Source: an uncultured bacterium
GTDB taxonomy: Bacteria > Verrucomicrobiota > Kiritimatiellia > CAIKKV01 > CAIJXV01
DNA: 64,000 nucleotides
Reading direction: 5' to 3'
Assembly: GCA_903824675.1 (NCBI GenBank)
Contig: CAIJXV010000116.1
Location: forward strand, 111,379 to 175,378
Positions 1 to 10,097 of the stretch are shown piece by piece. The position numbers and the translations under genes are program-made. The notes beneath the pieces were generated by a model. That model was not told where the DNA came from. It saw only the letters and a program-made list of their open reading frames with translations, and searched no databases. The stretch's first letter is position 1; the number at the start of each line of letters is the position of its first letter.

Positions 1-50
1 TCCGGACTTTGTATCATCATTCATGGTCGCTCCCGCAGTCCCAAGGACTG

Positions 51-80
51 TTGCCTGACGATCGAATCCACTGCTAAAAT
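51..80 (+). promoter_or_regulatory. Putative sigma70-type promoter (TTGCCT-N18-TAAAAT) upstream of helicase gene
   Basis: Hexamers TTGCCT (51-56) and TAAAAT (75-80) with 18-nt spacer, read directly; no transcript data. Confidence 0.3.
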
Positions 81-123
81 CTTATATTGCAAAAAACGAA
101 TCCTTCGTGCAAGTATTTTTTAC

Positions 124-1581
124 TTGGTTTCGCGTCCAAAAGCCGGTATTTTAACAGCACTTATGGTTCAAAGATTAATTCGTCGTATCGGTCAGTTGCT
201 TTTCCCCGCGAAAAAAGCGAAATCTTCAACGGCTCCCGTTTTAAAAAAAACTGCGCATTCAGCGAAACCGCCGCCCTCCTCCCATTCCGCCCCCCCCCGC
301 AGTCCAGCCCATCGTCCCGCCCCCGCCCGGACGGAGACCCCGCCCCGTCCGCCAGTGCCCGCGGTTCGGGCACCGGTCGCAAAATGGACACCGGACCAGT
401 TTCCGATTGAGCCAGTTGAAGGGAAGCGTTGCTTCGCTGAATTCGGCCTGCACACGGAATTACTGCACGCCCTGGCCGACCTGAATTTCAAATATTGTAC
501 CCCCATCCAGGCCCAGTCTTTGGAACCAGCACTGGCCGGCCATGATGTGACCGGCCAGGCCCAGACCGGTACCGGAAAAACCGCCGTCTTCCTGATTACC
601 ATTATTGAACGCTGTCTCAAAATTCCCCGTCCCAATCCCGCGCCGGGAACCCCCCGCGCCTTGATCCTGGCGCCCACCCGTGAATTGGCAATTCAAATTG
701 GACGCGATGCCGACGCCTTGACCTACCACACTTCGCTCCATTCCCTGGTTGTTTTTGGAGGGCTCGACTACGCCCGCCAACGCACCCAATTGGAAAAGCA
801 TCCCGTGGATATCCTGATCGCAACCCCCGGCCGTTTGCTCGATTTCATGGGACAGGGTAAAATTCACCTCGGCCAGACTGAAATCCTGATTCTGGATGAG
901 GCCGACCGCATGCTCGACATGGGATTCATCCCCGATGTCCGCCGGATTATTCGCGCCTTACCGCCCCGCGAAAAACGTCAATCCTTCCTCTTTAGCGCCA
1001 CCCTCACTCCCGAGGTCCACCGCTTGGCCCAAAACTGGCTCAGAGAACCGGTCCGCGTCGAAATCGAACCGGAAAAGATGACCGTCGACACCATTGAGCA
1101 GAAAGTCTTTTTGGTCTCTTCCCGCCAAAAAGGATTACTTCTTCGGAATCTATTAAAAACTTTGAAGCCCACCCGCGCCCTGATTTTCGCCAATCGACGC
1201 GACACTTGCCGGCATGTCAGCGAAGGGTTGGCCCGCAACGGTATGCCCTGCGCCATGCTATCCGGTGAAGTCAGCCAAGGTGAACGGTTGCGCATTCTCG
1301 AGTCGTTCCGTAAGGGTGACACGCCCATTCTGGTCGCCACTGATGTCGCCGGGCGCGGCCTGCACGTCGAGGGCGTCACCCATGTTTTCAATTACGATAT
1401 CCCGTATGAACCGGAGGATTATGTCCATCGCATCGGCCGTACGGGTCGGGCCGGCGCTACGGGATTGGCGATTACGCTCGCCTGTGAAAACGAATCTTTT
1501 ACCCTGCCGGAAATCGAGAAGAAATTAGGACACAGCCTGTCCTGTGAAGTGCCTTCGGAAGAATTAATGGCTCATCGATAA
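124..1581 (+). CDS. DEAD-box ATP-dependent RNA helicase with Pro/Arg-rich N-terminal extension (true start may be downstream)
   Basis: Motifs AQTGTGKT (I), PTRELA (Ia), ILDEADRMLD (II), SAT (III), HRIGRTGRAG (VI) in translation. Confidence 0.88.
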   Translation: MVSRPKAGILTALMVQRLIRRIGQLLFPAKKAKSSTAPVLKKTAHSAKPPPSSHSAPPRSPAHRPAPARTETPPRPPVPAVRAPVAKWTPDQFPIEPVEGKRCFAEFGLHTELLHALADLNFKYCTPIQAQSLEPALAGHDVTGQAQTGTGKTAVFLITIIERCLKIPRPNPAPGTPRALILAPTRELAIQIGRDADALTYHTSLHSLVVFGGLDYARQRTQLEKHPVDILIATPGRLLDFMGQGKIHLGQTEILILDEADRMLDMGFIPDVRRIIRALPPREKRQSFLFSATLTPEVHRLAQNWLREPVRVEIEPEKMTVDTIEQKVFLVSSRQKGLLLRNLLKTLKPTRALIFANRRDTCRHVSEGLARNGMPCAMLSGEVSQGERLRILESFRKGDTPILVATDVAGRGLHVEGVTHVFNYDIPYEPEDYVHRIGRTGRAGATGLAITLACENESFTLPEIEKKLGHSLSCEVPSEELMAHR

Positions 1582-1749
1582 ACTTCCAACCAGGATTTTC
1601 ACGATTCCCCTGCCCCCTATCGGTCAGTACATACAGTCTCGTGGTTATGGGTTCCACCATCCGGCGCTATTATTGCGCTGCAATTCCCGACCTGAAGGTA
1701 GAGCACATCTGTCCTCAAAAGACGCCGATCTCTACGCCCTGCGTACCGT

Positions 1750-3108
1750 CTAGTTTGATTTAGCCGCTTCCACCCGTTTCCCCTGATAGGTGCGCAAGGT
1801 ATAGGTGAATTCTTTCACACTCCGCGGGGGCAATTCCAAGGTGTATTTGACGGTGTCGAAATCCACCTTTTCGTATTTTCCGCAATCCCCCTCCGACTTC
1901 AAATCCCATTTCTGACCGGGAAAATTACGCTGAATTTCAACCGTAACCGCCACCGGCCGCGTATTCTTGACTTCCATCTTGAAGGTCCGGACTTCGTCCC
2001 AGCCGGACACATTCCGGTTGTTGTCAAAAGTGTGATTCTCGATCTTGTAATCCATCAGGGTCGGCTCCACCACCACGTTCTGAACCGTGCCAAGATTTAA
2101 CTCCACTTTCTCATTTACCGGAATGTATTTAAAATCCGACTGGCCTTCATAGGACAGATAGCCCGCCTCATTCACCGTCCGGCAAACCCGGAGCATGCCC
2201 CCGGGGATTGGGGTCTGCCCCAACTTGTGCGCTTCGTCATTCTTAAAACTCAGGAATCGCACCACACTTTTGCCATAGCGCTCCTGTTCATATTTGTAAA
2301 GATTCACAACCGGTACGGCATACGGCCCCAGACTCGGCAGGCGCTTCGCCCATCCGTTGGCAACCGTTTCCTGCCCTTCAATGGTGTAGAGAAAATACTC
2401 GCTCAAGCCCTCCTTGATGATGGCCTTGGGCGCACTCCCGCCATAGGAGGCCATCGCCATTTTCATCGCGGCCCGGGGTGCTCTCATTTCTTTCATTTCA
2501 TCCATCACCATGGGAGCCGCAGCGGAAGTCGGATACACGTCCGGGCGGCCATACGGATATTGCCGCTGAGCCAACTCAGCAATCTGATCGAGCATATGCA
2601 CCTTGCCCACGATCAACCTGACTTGGGCATCCTCATAATCCTCTCCGCTTCGGTTCCCTACCCGTACATACCCTTCCAGCTTCATCGTCTTCTCGTCCCC
2701 GCTCAACGTCCCCATGTAAAAGGCCCGCCAGTCCAGTCCGCTCGTTAAATAGGTGATCTCCACGGGCACCTTCCCGCTCACCTGGCTCTTGATTGTCCAC
2801 ACCCCAAGGTTCTGCGTCCGGGGTGGATAGGTCAAATCCTCAATTACCAGTTTATCCGCCTGCGCTTTCGGCAGCATCTCCAAACTCGTCGGATCGATCA
2901 GCGTATTCGCCCAACTGAATTGCAAGCGGTTGATCCCTTTCTGCAAGGTCAATTCGCGTGTCTCCCGCACCAGAGTCAAATCCGCGGAATTGTAAATCGT
3001 CACCTGCACTCCGTCCCGCTTGGGAAGGGTCACCAAATCCATCTTGGCCCAACCGCTCACGGGAACCAGGAAGCTCATCACCCAAAATGTTAATAGTAGT
3101 TTTTTCAT
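1750..3108 (-). CDS. Secreted DUF4139/DUF4140-like (MuiA-like) protein, paralog 1 of 3
   Basis: 452-aa ORF with N-terminal signal peptide; N-terminal ~180 aa near-identical to the paralog at 4443..5795; family name is from recall. Confidence 0.6.
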   Translation of the reverse strand: MKKLLLTFWVMSFLVPVSGWAKMDLVTLPKRDGVQVTIYNSADLTLVRETRELTLQKGINRLQFSWANTLIDPTSLEMLPKAQADKLVIEDLTYPPRTQNLGVWTIKSQVSGKVPVEITYLTSGLDWRAFYMGTLSGDEKTMKLEGYVRVGNRSGEDYEDAQVRLIVGKVHMLDQIAELAQRQYPYGRPDVYPTSAAAPMVMDEMKEMRAPRAAMKMAMASYGGSAPKAIIKEGLSEYFLYTIEGQETVANGWAKRLPSLGPYAVPVVNLYKYEQERYGKSVVRFLSFKNDEAHKLGQTPIPGGMLRVCRTVNEAGYLSYEGQSDFKYIPVNEKVELNLGTVQNVVVEPTLMDYKIENHTFDNNRNVSGWDEVRTFKMEVKNTRPVAVTVEIQRNFPGQKWDLKSEGDCGKYEKVDFDTVKYTLELPPRSVKEFTYTLRTYQGKRVEAAKSN

Positions 3109-3123
3109 GATGATCTCCTGATC

Positions 3124-4260
3124 TCAGCGAAGATTCCGCCGTTGATAGTGCATCATCAGCTCTTTTTTCTCTTTCGGATTCAGCGCCACCTGAAATTCGA
3201 TTTTCTCGGAGTTTTTCTTTTCGTATTTCAGATTGCACTCGACCATGTCCCACTGCCCGGGGATATATTCGATGACGGTTAGAACCGCCGGGGAATCCTT
3301 GAAGTTCTCCAAAGTGGTTTTAATAATCTCGTCGGTATCGTAGAGGACCACCTGATCATTCACATTCTTGCGCAAATTGATGCGCTCCTCTTTCATCTTG
3401 CGCTGGACCACCTTGATATCCCGGCTATCGCCGATATTCACCTTCATCTTTTCGCCCACGGGGACCAGGGCCGCGGAATCTTCACCTAGGACGATCGTAC
3501 TGCCATGTCCATCATCCTGGAAGACCCGGACTTTTCCGCCCCACAAGGCATTTTTACCCAGTCCGGAAGCCTCCTTGTTTTCAATCTGATAACTCACCGG
3601 AATCCCCACGTTGCCTTCCACTTTTTCCGGATCCCACGGCAACTGGTTGGCGTCGAATTCCCAGACCTTGGTGATCGGCACTTTCCCAGCGTCCAGGAAC
3701 AATAATTGCTTGGTCTCCTCATGCCCGATGGCCTGCTCGAAAGCTTCGCCGTAATCGAGCTGAACCCGCGATGTCCCGAAATCCTCGCCCGAGAAGTTGC
3801 GCAGCACCAGGTAACTCTTGAAATCCACCTGCGTTTCGGGCTTGTTGGCCAAAAACCGATAGGTGATCAGTCGGTCGATGTTGGCCAGCAGATAGCTGAT
3901 CCGCACCCGCTCTTCAACCGGCTCGGCACTGCTGATCTCCCACACCAAGGCCGCCTCGTTGGGCGGATAACTCACATTCAGCAAGGTCACCTGGTCCGGA
4001 TGATTCAACACTTTCAACCGGATGGAATCGGGATCAATGCTCACTCCGTTCCAGGAAAAATCAACCTGGTTGACCCCCTTTTGAAGCGTCAAAACCCGTT
4101 CTTCCTCAATCAAGGTGGCCGAGGGGTTATCCAGCCGGATGACCGTGGCCGCCCGTTCCGGTAGCGCCACCATCTTCACCCGGGCCTCCGCACTTCCCAG
4201 TCCGACGGCACATCCGAGGACCGTCAATAGCCCGCTCCGTATCCAGGTTGTCATCTTCAT
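3124..4260 (-). CDS. Secreted DUF4139/DUF4140-like protein, divergent paralog 2 of 3
   Basis: 378-aa ORF with signal peptide; shares a conserved core with its neighbours (LPERAATVIRLDNPSATLIEEERVLTLQKGVNQVDFSW vs LPKRDGVQVTIYNSADLTLVRETRELTLQKGINRLQFSW). Confidence 0.55.
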   Translation of the reverse strand: MKMTTWIRSGLLTVLGCAVGLGSAEARVKMVALPERAATVIRLDNPSATLIEEERVLTLQKGVNQVDFSWNGVSIDPDSIRLKVLNHPDQVTLLNVSYPPNEAALVWEISSAEPVEERVRISYLLANIDRLITYRFLANKPETQVDFKSYLVLRNFSGEDFGTSRVQLDYGEAFEQAIGHEETKQLLFLDAGKVPITKVWEFDANQLPWDPEKVEGNVGIPVSYQIENKEASGLGKNALWGGKVRVFQDDGHGSTIVLGEDSAALVPVGEKMKVNIGDSRDIKVVQRKMKEERINLRKNVNDQVVLYDTDEIIKTTLENFKDSPAVLTVIEYIPGQWDMVECNLKYEKKNSEKIEFQVALNPKEKKELMMHYQRRNLR

Positions 4261-4442
4261 CTTAGCCTCCTGCTAGTTTTAACTGCATAATTTTGGCCAC
4301 AGTGACGGGGGGCAACGCCTTACGGCGTCACTACGAACAACGGTTGTGTGCCCGTAAGGGCATTTCCCCCGTCACAGCCCCCACCCAAGGTCAGGCGATG
4401 GTTTCAAGTTTCAAGTTACCAGTTTCAAACCTCTTTGACATC

Positions 4443-5795
4443 TTACTCCGCGCGTTTTCCTTGATATTCACGAACGGTGTATTTGAATTCCTTTTGCGAG
4501 CGCGGCGGCAATTCCAAGGTGAATTTCACGGTATCTAAATCGACCTTTTCGTAAAGACCGCAATCCCCATCCGGGTTTAAATCCCATTTCACTCCCGGGA
4601 TATTGCGCTGAATCTCGACCTTCACCGCCACAGGCCGTGTGTTTTTAACTTCAATTTTGAAGGTCTTGACTTCATCCCAGCCGGACACATTCCGGTCGGA
4701 ATCGAAGGTAAAGTTTTCGGTTTTGAAATTCATCAGGGTCGGCGTCACCACCACATTCTCCACCCCGCCCAAATTCAATTCCACCTTCTCGTTCACCGGA
4801 ATGTATTTGAATTCCGACTGGCCTTCATAGGACAAATGCCCCACCTCGTCCGCGGTCCGGAACACGCGCAGCATCCCGTCAGGAATCGGGGTTTGCCCCA
4901 GCTTATGCGCCTCATCATTCGTAAAACTTAAGAAGCGGACCACCCCGGCCCCATATTGCTCTTCTTCGTATTTGTAAAGATTGACCACCGGCACGTCGAA
5001 CGGGCCCAGGCTCGGCAATCGTTTCGCCCATTCGTTCGGAATCGTCTCTTTTCCTTCAATGGTATAGAGGAAATATTCGCTGAGCCCCTCTTTGATGATT
5101 TCCTTGGGGGCGGCGGCAGCATCCGTCAACATCATGTAACCAGAGACGGCACTCACCTCCGCCTCTTCGACCTTGTTCATTTCATCTTTTCGCTCTCTAA
5201 CATCACTATCACCTTTCGCTCGGAACCCGAAACCCGCCGGCGCCCCATACGGATATTGCCGCTGGGCCAATTCGGCAATTTGATCGAGTAAATGGACTTG
5301 GCCTACAATCAACCGGACCTGGGCGTCCTCATAATCCTCCCCGCTCCGGTTCCCCACCCGCACATAACCTTCCAACCGCATCGTCTTCTCGTCCCCGCTT
5401 AACGTCCCCATGTAAAACGCACGCCAGTCCAGTCCGCTAGTTAAATAGGTGATCTCCACCGGCACCTTCCCGCTCACCTGGCTCTTGATCGTCCAGATTC
5501 CGAGGTTCTGGGTCCGCGGCGGATAGGTCAAATCCTCAATCGCCAATTTATCCGCATGCGCCTTCGGCAGCATTTCCAGACTTGTGGGATCAATCAGCGT
5601 GTTGGCCCAACTGAACTGGAGCCGATTGATCCCCTTCTGCAAGGTCAACTCGCGCGTCTCCCGCACCAGCGTCAAATCCGCGGAGTTGTAAATCGTTACC
5701 TGCACCCCGTCCCGCTTCGGCAGCGTGACCAGGTCCATCTTGGCCTGTACCGGGAGAATCAAAAGCAAAACCAGGCAACACCCCCGCCTGATCAT
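4443..5795 (-). CDS. Secreted DUF4139/DUF4140-like protein, paralog 3 of 3
   Basis: Start reassigned to Met at 5793-5795 (MIRRGCCLVLLLILPVQA signal peptide); the longer track ORF reaching 6068 is a spurious extension. Confidence 0.6.
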   Translation of the reverse strand: MIRRGCCLVLLLILPVQAKMDLVTLPKRDGVQVTIYNSADLTLVRETRELTLQKGINRLQFSWANTLIDPTSLEMLPKAHADKLAIEDLTYPPRTQNLGIWTIKSQVSGKVPVEITYLTSGLDWRAFYMGTLSGDEKTMRLEGYVRVGNRSGEDYEDAQVRLIVGQVHLLDQIAELAQRQYPYGAPAGFGFRAKGDSDVRERKDEMNKVEEAEVSAVSGYMMLTDAAAAPKEIIKEGLSEYFLYTIEGKETIPNEWAKRLPSLGPFDVPVVNLYKYEEEQYGAGVVRFLSFTNDEAHKLGQTPIPDGMLRVFRTADEVGHLSYEGQSEFKYIPVNEKVELNLGGVENVVVTPTLMNFKTENFTFDSDRNVSGWDEVKTFKIEVKNTRPVAVKVEIQRNIPGVKWDLNPDGDCGLYEKVDLDTVKFTLELPPRSQKEFKYTVREYQGKRAE

Positions 5796-6049
5796 AGAAA
5801 TCGGGCTGCCGATTTTCCGTCTCATAAAGCCCCTCAAGAAGAATTGACCGGCAAAGAATAACGTCAGGTTTCTTTTAACGCAAAAAAGGCCGCGAAGAAA
5901 GATTAAAATCGAGTCCCCAGAGGACGGGGAGCATCTGCGATTAATATACTTGCCCCTGCGATGTAGCCCCGCTCCCGCCCTGAGCTTGTCCCTATGAAAG
6001 TGGTGGTTCAAGCATAATAACGCCTCCCTTTCCGTTTTATGCGCTACCC

Positions 6050-7480
6050 TTCCGGTCCTGATTCCCAATCCAGCTCCTCCAAGCCCCTATTCGAGGTCTA
6101 TGCTTCAGGTTATTATTCGGTCGACGTGCCTCAAACCGAAGGAAGACCTTGTGGGTCAACAAGCTCATAGAGGTCAACGTCGAAAAGCAGTGAGTTCTGG
6201 AAAGAGAATCTGTTATTACCAATCGTCGAGTCGTTTATCAGGCCACCTCCAATGCCGGTTTTTTGATCTTCCAGTCGTAAATCTGGGTGCGTGCCGTCCC
6301 ATCCCGTTCAACATTGAGTTTCGACACATCGAAGCGCTGATGGTTCAACCACAGCCGATACAGGATTCTCGCCAAACGCTGGGCAACGGCAACCGCCGCC
6401 TTCTTGTATCCACCCTTGGCCATCGCTCGCACAAAATAGGGATTCAAGGGATGACTACGTTTGGACGTCTGCTGAGCCACCTCGCATAGAAGATTCCGCA
6501 TATAGGATGACCCGGCTTTGGTGATGTGCCCCTGCCGCTCGGTATCCCCGCTGTCATGCATGGAAGGAGCCAAGCCCAAGTAGCTGACCACATGATTGCT
6601 ATCTCGGAATCGAGTCGGATCCCCGATGACCGCAATGAACGAAGCGGCCGTTATTAACCCAACGCCAGGCACGCTGATCAGAAGCTCCATGATGGATTCA
6701 ACGGATTCCAAGGCCAATCGGAGTTCCTTCTCCAAACTCGTAATATGTTCGTTGGCCACTTCCCAAACCTTCGCATGCAAGGCGAGGTGTTCCCGGATGG
6801 GGGCGGCCGATTCGTCAGCCATCCCCTTGGCCCACCCCCCTGCCGTGGTCAAACCGGCTGGCCCCTTGTGTGAAAGTCCTTCGACACGAAACAGAAAACG
6901 GGCAGCATTAATCTGCTGCGTACCCAGGCGAACGAAATGACGTCGCCGTGAGAGAATACGCCGCAAACGTCGAATCGTCGGTGAGGGCATGAAGACGATC
7001 GAATCCCAGATACCCCGTCTGAGCCCATCGCAGATCTCAAAAGCATCTCGCCGATCCGTCTTCTGCCCTATTCGGCGCGCCTTCTTTCGAACCTCGGACG
7101 CATCCACCACAACCGGAATCAGTCCCCGTTCCTCAAGCGCGTCACACACGATGCCAGCTTGAGCTCCGCTCTCCATGCACACGCGTGTCCCTGCTTCCAA
7201 TGCATGTTTCTCGATCATCGAATGAATCCCCTCGCGATGCGTCGGAACGCTTCCTTCAGCCGTTATCTTCCCGTCGGCATCCTCAACGACGTAAACTGTC
7301 AGCTTGCGATGCACATCGAGTCCTACATATACTGCATTCATGGGCTGCACCTCCTGTTCGCTACGACAAGTAGCTTGGAGCCCCGCACGGGTGACTCCTT
7401 CGGTTTACGGTTTACCATAAACCATTTTTGGAGGGCAGCCCACTTTCATATTAACCGAAGGGCTATGAGCGGATTTGCGA
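6050..7480 (-). mobile_element. IS110-family insertion sequence (boundaries approximate)
   Basis: Carries an IS110-type transposase ORF; flanking non-coding segments of ~190 bp and ~130 bp; IS110 elements lack classical inverted repeats, so ends were not determined. Confidence 0.5.
6238..7350 (-). CDS. IS110-family transposase
   Basis: 370 aa; N-terminal VYVGLDVHRK (DEDD-type catalytic motif) and C-terminal LISVPGVGLITAASFIAVIGDPTRF (Transposase_20-like). Confidence 0.85.
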   Translation of the reverse strand: MQPMNAVYVGLDVHRKLTVYVVEDADGKITAEGSVPTHREGIHSMIEKHALEAGTRVCMESGAQAGIVCDALEERGLIPVVVDASEVRKKARRIGQKTDRRDAFEICDGLRRGIWDSIVFMPSPTIRRLRRILSRRRHFVRLGTQQINAARFLFRVEGLSHKGPAGLTTAGGWAKGMADESAAPIREHLALHAKVWEVANEHITSLEKELRLALESVESIMELLISVPGVGLITAASFIAVIGDPTRFRDSNHVVSYLGLAPSMHDSGDTERQGHITKAGSSYMRNLLCEVAQQTSKRSHPLNPYFVRAMAKGGYKKAAVAVAQRLARILYRLWLNHQRFDVSKLNVERDGTARTQIYDWKIKKPALEVA

Positions 7481-7775
7481 TTTTATTCTTTTTCGTTCAG
7501 GCAAAAGGGATCTCCCTGCCACCCGATATGCCAACTGGGTGGCTGTCAGGCTATCGGTCGAACCCGAGGGTGGCGGGGGGGGAGGGTATTCACTGGAGTG
7601 CACATTCAAATCGACGGCGGGGGTCGGGGAAGGGCGGCCGACGTCCGCCCCCACAGATGAGTTCATTGAACGTGGCAACCTGGAAGTTGGCGACCAGGTA
7701 CTTTTGTTGTCATCTAACATTTCACTTGAAACAGCTCATTACCTGACCCAATATTCCCCGGAAACAGGAGCCCTT

Positions 7776-8045
7776 ATGAAAACCATCCCTTTCATCGCAC
7801 TAATGATCCTCCTCACCGCCTGTAACCGACCCTCGCCGACCCAGGAATCTGAAACCAATACCCCGCCCGCCCCCCGGATGATCCTCCCGCCGATCACCAA
7901 CCCCACCCCCTCACAACCCAGCCTCATTAACGATTTGACCGGCAAAACCGCGGTCGACGCCGGACGCCGCGCGGCCCAGTCCGCGCGCGATTCTGCCGCC
8001 AAGGAAAATGCCCGCAATGCGGAAGTAATGGAAGATACGCCATGA
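7776..8045 (+). CDS. Small lipoprotein
   Basis: Internal Met with GGAG RBS; signal peptide with lipobox LLTAC; 90 aa. Confidence 0.5.
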   Translation: MKTIPFIALMILLTACNRPSPTQESETNTPPAPRMILPPITNPTPSQPSLINDLTGKTAVDAGRRAAQSARDSAAKENARNAEVMEDTP

Positions 8046-8478
8046 CTTCGATGTCTCCCGGTCAACGGCTTCGCGCAATTTACGATTTCAAGCCCGTCGA
8101 TCATTTGCCCCGCGGTGAATTTTATATCTGGGAGGAGGCCATCCAACGATGGAAAACCGACGGATTGCCTGACGATTGGCAGGCGCAGAAATTTTTCCAA
8201 TTCGATCCTCCGGGGCGATTCGCCATCCCGCTGAATCTCGGCTGGTGCGAACCGCCAGTCCTTCCCACTTTCGAATCCCGTGTGATCCGAGTCGAGGGCG
8301 AAGAGGAAATCATCCAGGATGCCGCCGGACGCCATTTACGGGTCTTCAAATGACGCCGTCACGATTTTATGCCCGATTATTGGCCGACTTGTGATCACGG
8401 GGTACCCGACAATGTCAGCTTGGCGAATTATCTCCATTATCGCCAACGCATCGTGGAATGGGATCATTAAGGCATTCG
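8042..8478 (+). pseudogene. Possible remnant of a uroporphyrinogen-decarboxylase-like (URO-D/MtaA-like) gene interrupted by an in-frame TGA
   Basis: 103-aa ORF ends at TGA 8351-8353; the same frame reads on (…DHGVPDNVSLANYLHYRQRIVEWDH*) to ~8478; total far shorter than ~350-aa family members; family assignment is weak. Confidence 0.3.
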
Positions 8479-8512
8479 GTTCAGGCGGAAACCGCCTGAA
8501 CCGGGTGGGGCA

Positions 8513-9217
8513 TTACATTTCGCCGGACTCGGCCGCCTTGATGGCCGTATAGACCAATTCCGATGCGTTGCGCAACCGGAGCTTGGCCTTGATATGTTCG
8601 CGATAGGTCTCGATGGTCTTGTCGCTCAAGCCCATCTTCTCGGAAATCTCGCGCGTGCTGATGCCGGTGCCCAAATACTTGAACACTTCCCGTTCCCGGG
8701 GAGTCAACTTTTGCGTAACGCCCGGACGACTATTTTGCGAACCGTCGTCCAGATATTGCCGCAAGAGGTAATCCCGCATGTCTTCGCTGACAAACAAACG
8801 CCCGCTCAAAATTTCGCGGATGCCTTTCAACAAAACTTCCGGGCCATCGGCTTTAGTCACATACCCGCGGGCTCCAGCCCGGAGGGATTTTTCGACATGC
8901 TGCGCATCCGAGTGGGTGGAAAACACAATCATGGACAGACTGGGATATTGATCATGAACCTTGCGAATCAAATCAATTCCATCTTCGACCCCATTCAGCG
9001 ACAAATCGACAATCAAAACATCAGGCGTCCCTGTCGCTATTTTTCCCAGGGCCTCCGCAATGGACGTGGCATCGCACACCACCTTCATATCCGTCTGGTA
9101 GTTGATCATGGCGGCCAAACCCTGGAGAATAATGGGGTGATCATCAACCAGCATAATCCGCGCAACCGGCGGTCGGTTGGCGGCAACAACATCTTGAATC
9201 TCTTCGCTTGAATTCAT
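8513..9217 (-). CDS. NarL/LuxR-family response regulator (REC + HTH)
   Basis: MLVDDHPIILQGL...DLSLNG receiver; C-terminal LTPREREVFKYLGTGISTREISEKMGLSDKTIETYREHI LuxR HTH. Confidence 0.88.
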   Translation of the reverse strand: MNSSEEIQDVVAANRPPVARIMLVDDHPIILQGLAAMINYQTDMKVVCDATSIAEALGKIATGTPDVLIVDLSLNGVEDGIDLIRKVHDQYPSLSMIVFSTHSDAQHVEKSLRAGARGYVTKADGPEVLLKGIREILSGRLFVSEDMRDYLLRQYLDDGSQNSRPGVTQKLTPREREVFKYLGTGISTREISEKMGLSDKTIETYREHIKAKLRLRNASELVYTAIKAAESGEM

Positions 9218-9325
9218 CCCTGTCCTCTTCCAGATTATCGTGTCACTTGAATACGCGGTTACGGGATAATCTTACCGTCCCGTAGGGAAATCGTCAATCT
9301 CAATCGAAGGCCAATTCGCCTACAA

Positions 9326-9940
9326 TCAGCCGATTCCTTGTGAAAAACGGGGGGGGATAATCAATTCGTGGCCACTGATCCGGAATTCGACCGTCAGCCG
9401 GCTCATTTTGCGATATAATTGCCAGGTATTTCGCAGGGGCCACCACCCGTATAGGTAAATCTCCAGTGGACGCCAGAGTGAAACCCAACTTCCGACGGTC
9501 AAACTCTCCCGTAAAATCTCCAAAAATAAATTGGCAGGATGGTAATGGGCCAGAATTTGGGCAGTCCCTAAACAAGCCGCCATAAATAACAAGCCGATAA
9601 CCAGGCTCGTCCGGCCTTGTCGCATCAATTGCATGAAAGCCAATCGGCTCAGTTCCGCCTTGTAGTTGAAAAAATGTCGAATCGCATTCTCCACCTGCCC
9701 TACCTCGCCGCTGGATGGGGGATTATCCAGATGGATAACCAGCCGCAAGGGACTCCGCTGGGGGAGTTCCCGCGCCCAACTGACGATATAGTCCTCCGCA
9801 TCATCATCGAGGTCTTTTTCGTTAAACGGCGAAGGATCGAAACTATTGAAAAGCTGGCTGATTTCACGGAGTTTGAGTTCGATCACCGCCACAGAGGGTG
9901 TTTTTTGCCAAGGTGGCCAAGGGGTCCATTTCCATCTCAT
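9326..9940 (-). CDS. Hypothetical membrane protein
   Basis: 204-aa ORF with two hydrophobic helices; no recognised motif; divergent from tatA. Confidence 0.45.
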   Translation of the reverse strand: MRWKWTPWPPWQKTPSVAVIELKLREISQLFNSFDPSPFNEKDLDDDAEDYIVSWARELPQRSPLRLVIHLDNPPSSGEVGQVENAIRHFFNYKAELSRLAFMQLMRQGRTSLVIGLLFMAACLGTAQILAHYHPANLFLEILRESLTVGSWVSLWRPLEIYLYGWWPLRNTWQLYRKMSRLTVEFRISGHELIIPPRFSQGIG

Positions 9941-10045
9941 TTGAAAACTCCGAATCTTTTCCGGATTTTATCGGGCCCCAGCGAAAAAGCCAGTCCAATG
10001 TATTCATGGCGGTTCCATTAAAATGCAGACACCGCGAGGTTCCAC

Positions 10046-10074
10046 TTGCCAGAGATCGTAAAAAAAGTGATAAT
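10046..10074 (+). promoter_or_regulatory. Sigma70-type promoter TTGCCA-N17-GATAAT upstream of tatA
   Basis: -35 at 10046-10051, 17-nt spacer, -10 at 10069-10074; GGGAGG RBS at 10089-10094; ATG at 10098. Confidence 0.5.
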
Positions 10075-10097
10075 GTAAAGATTATTGGGAGGTTTTT

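Noticed and set aside
5796-6068. N-terminal 91-aa extension of the 4443..6068 ORF
   Set aside because: The downstream Met at 5793-5795 gives a canonical signal peptide and aligns with the paralog at 1750..3108. The extension has no homology and runs toward the IS110.
8351-8353. Possibility that the in-frame TGA encodes selenocysteine
   Set aside because: No selenoprotein family resemblance. The downstream in-frame extension is only ~40 codons and still far short of family length. Decay next to an IS is the simpler reading.
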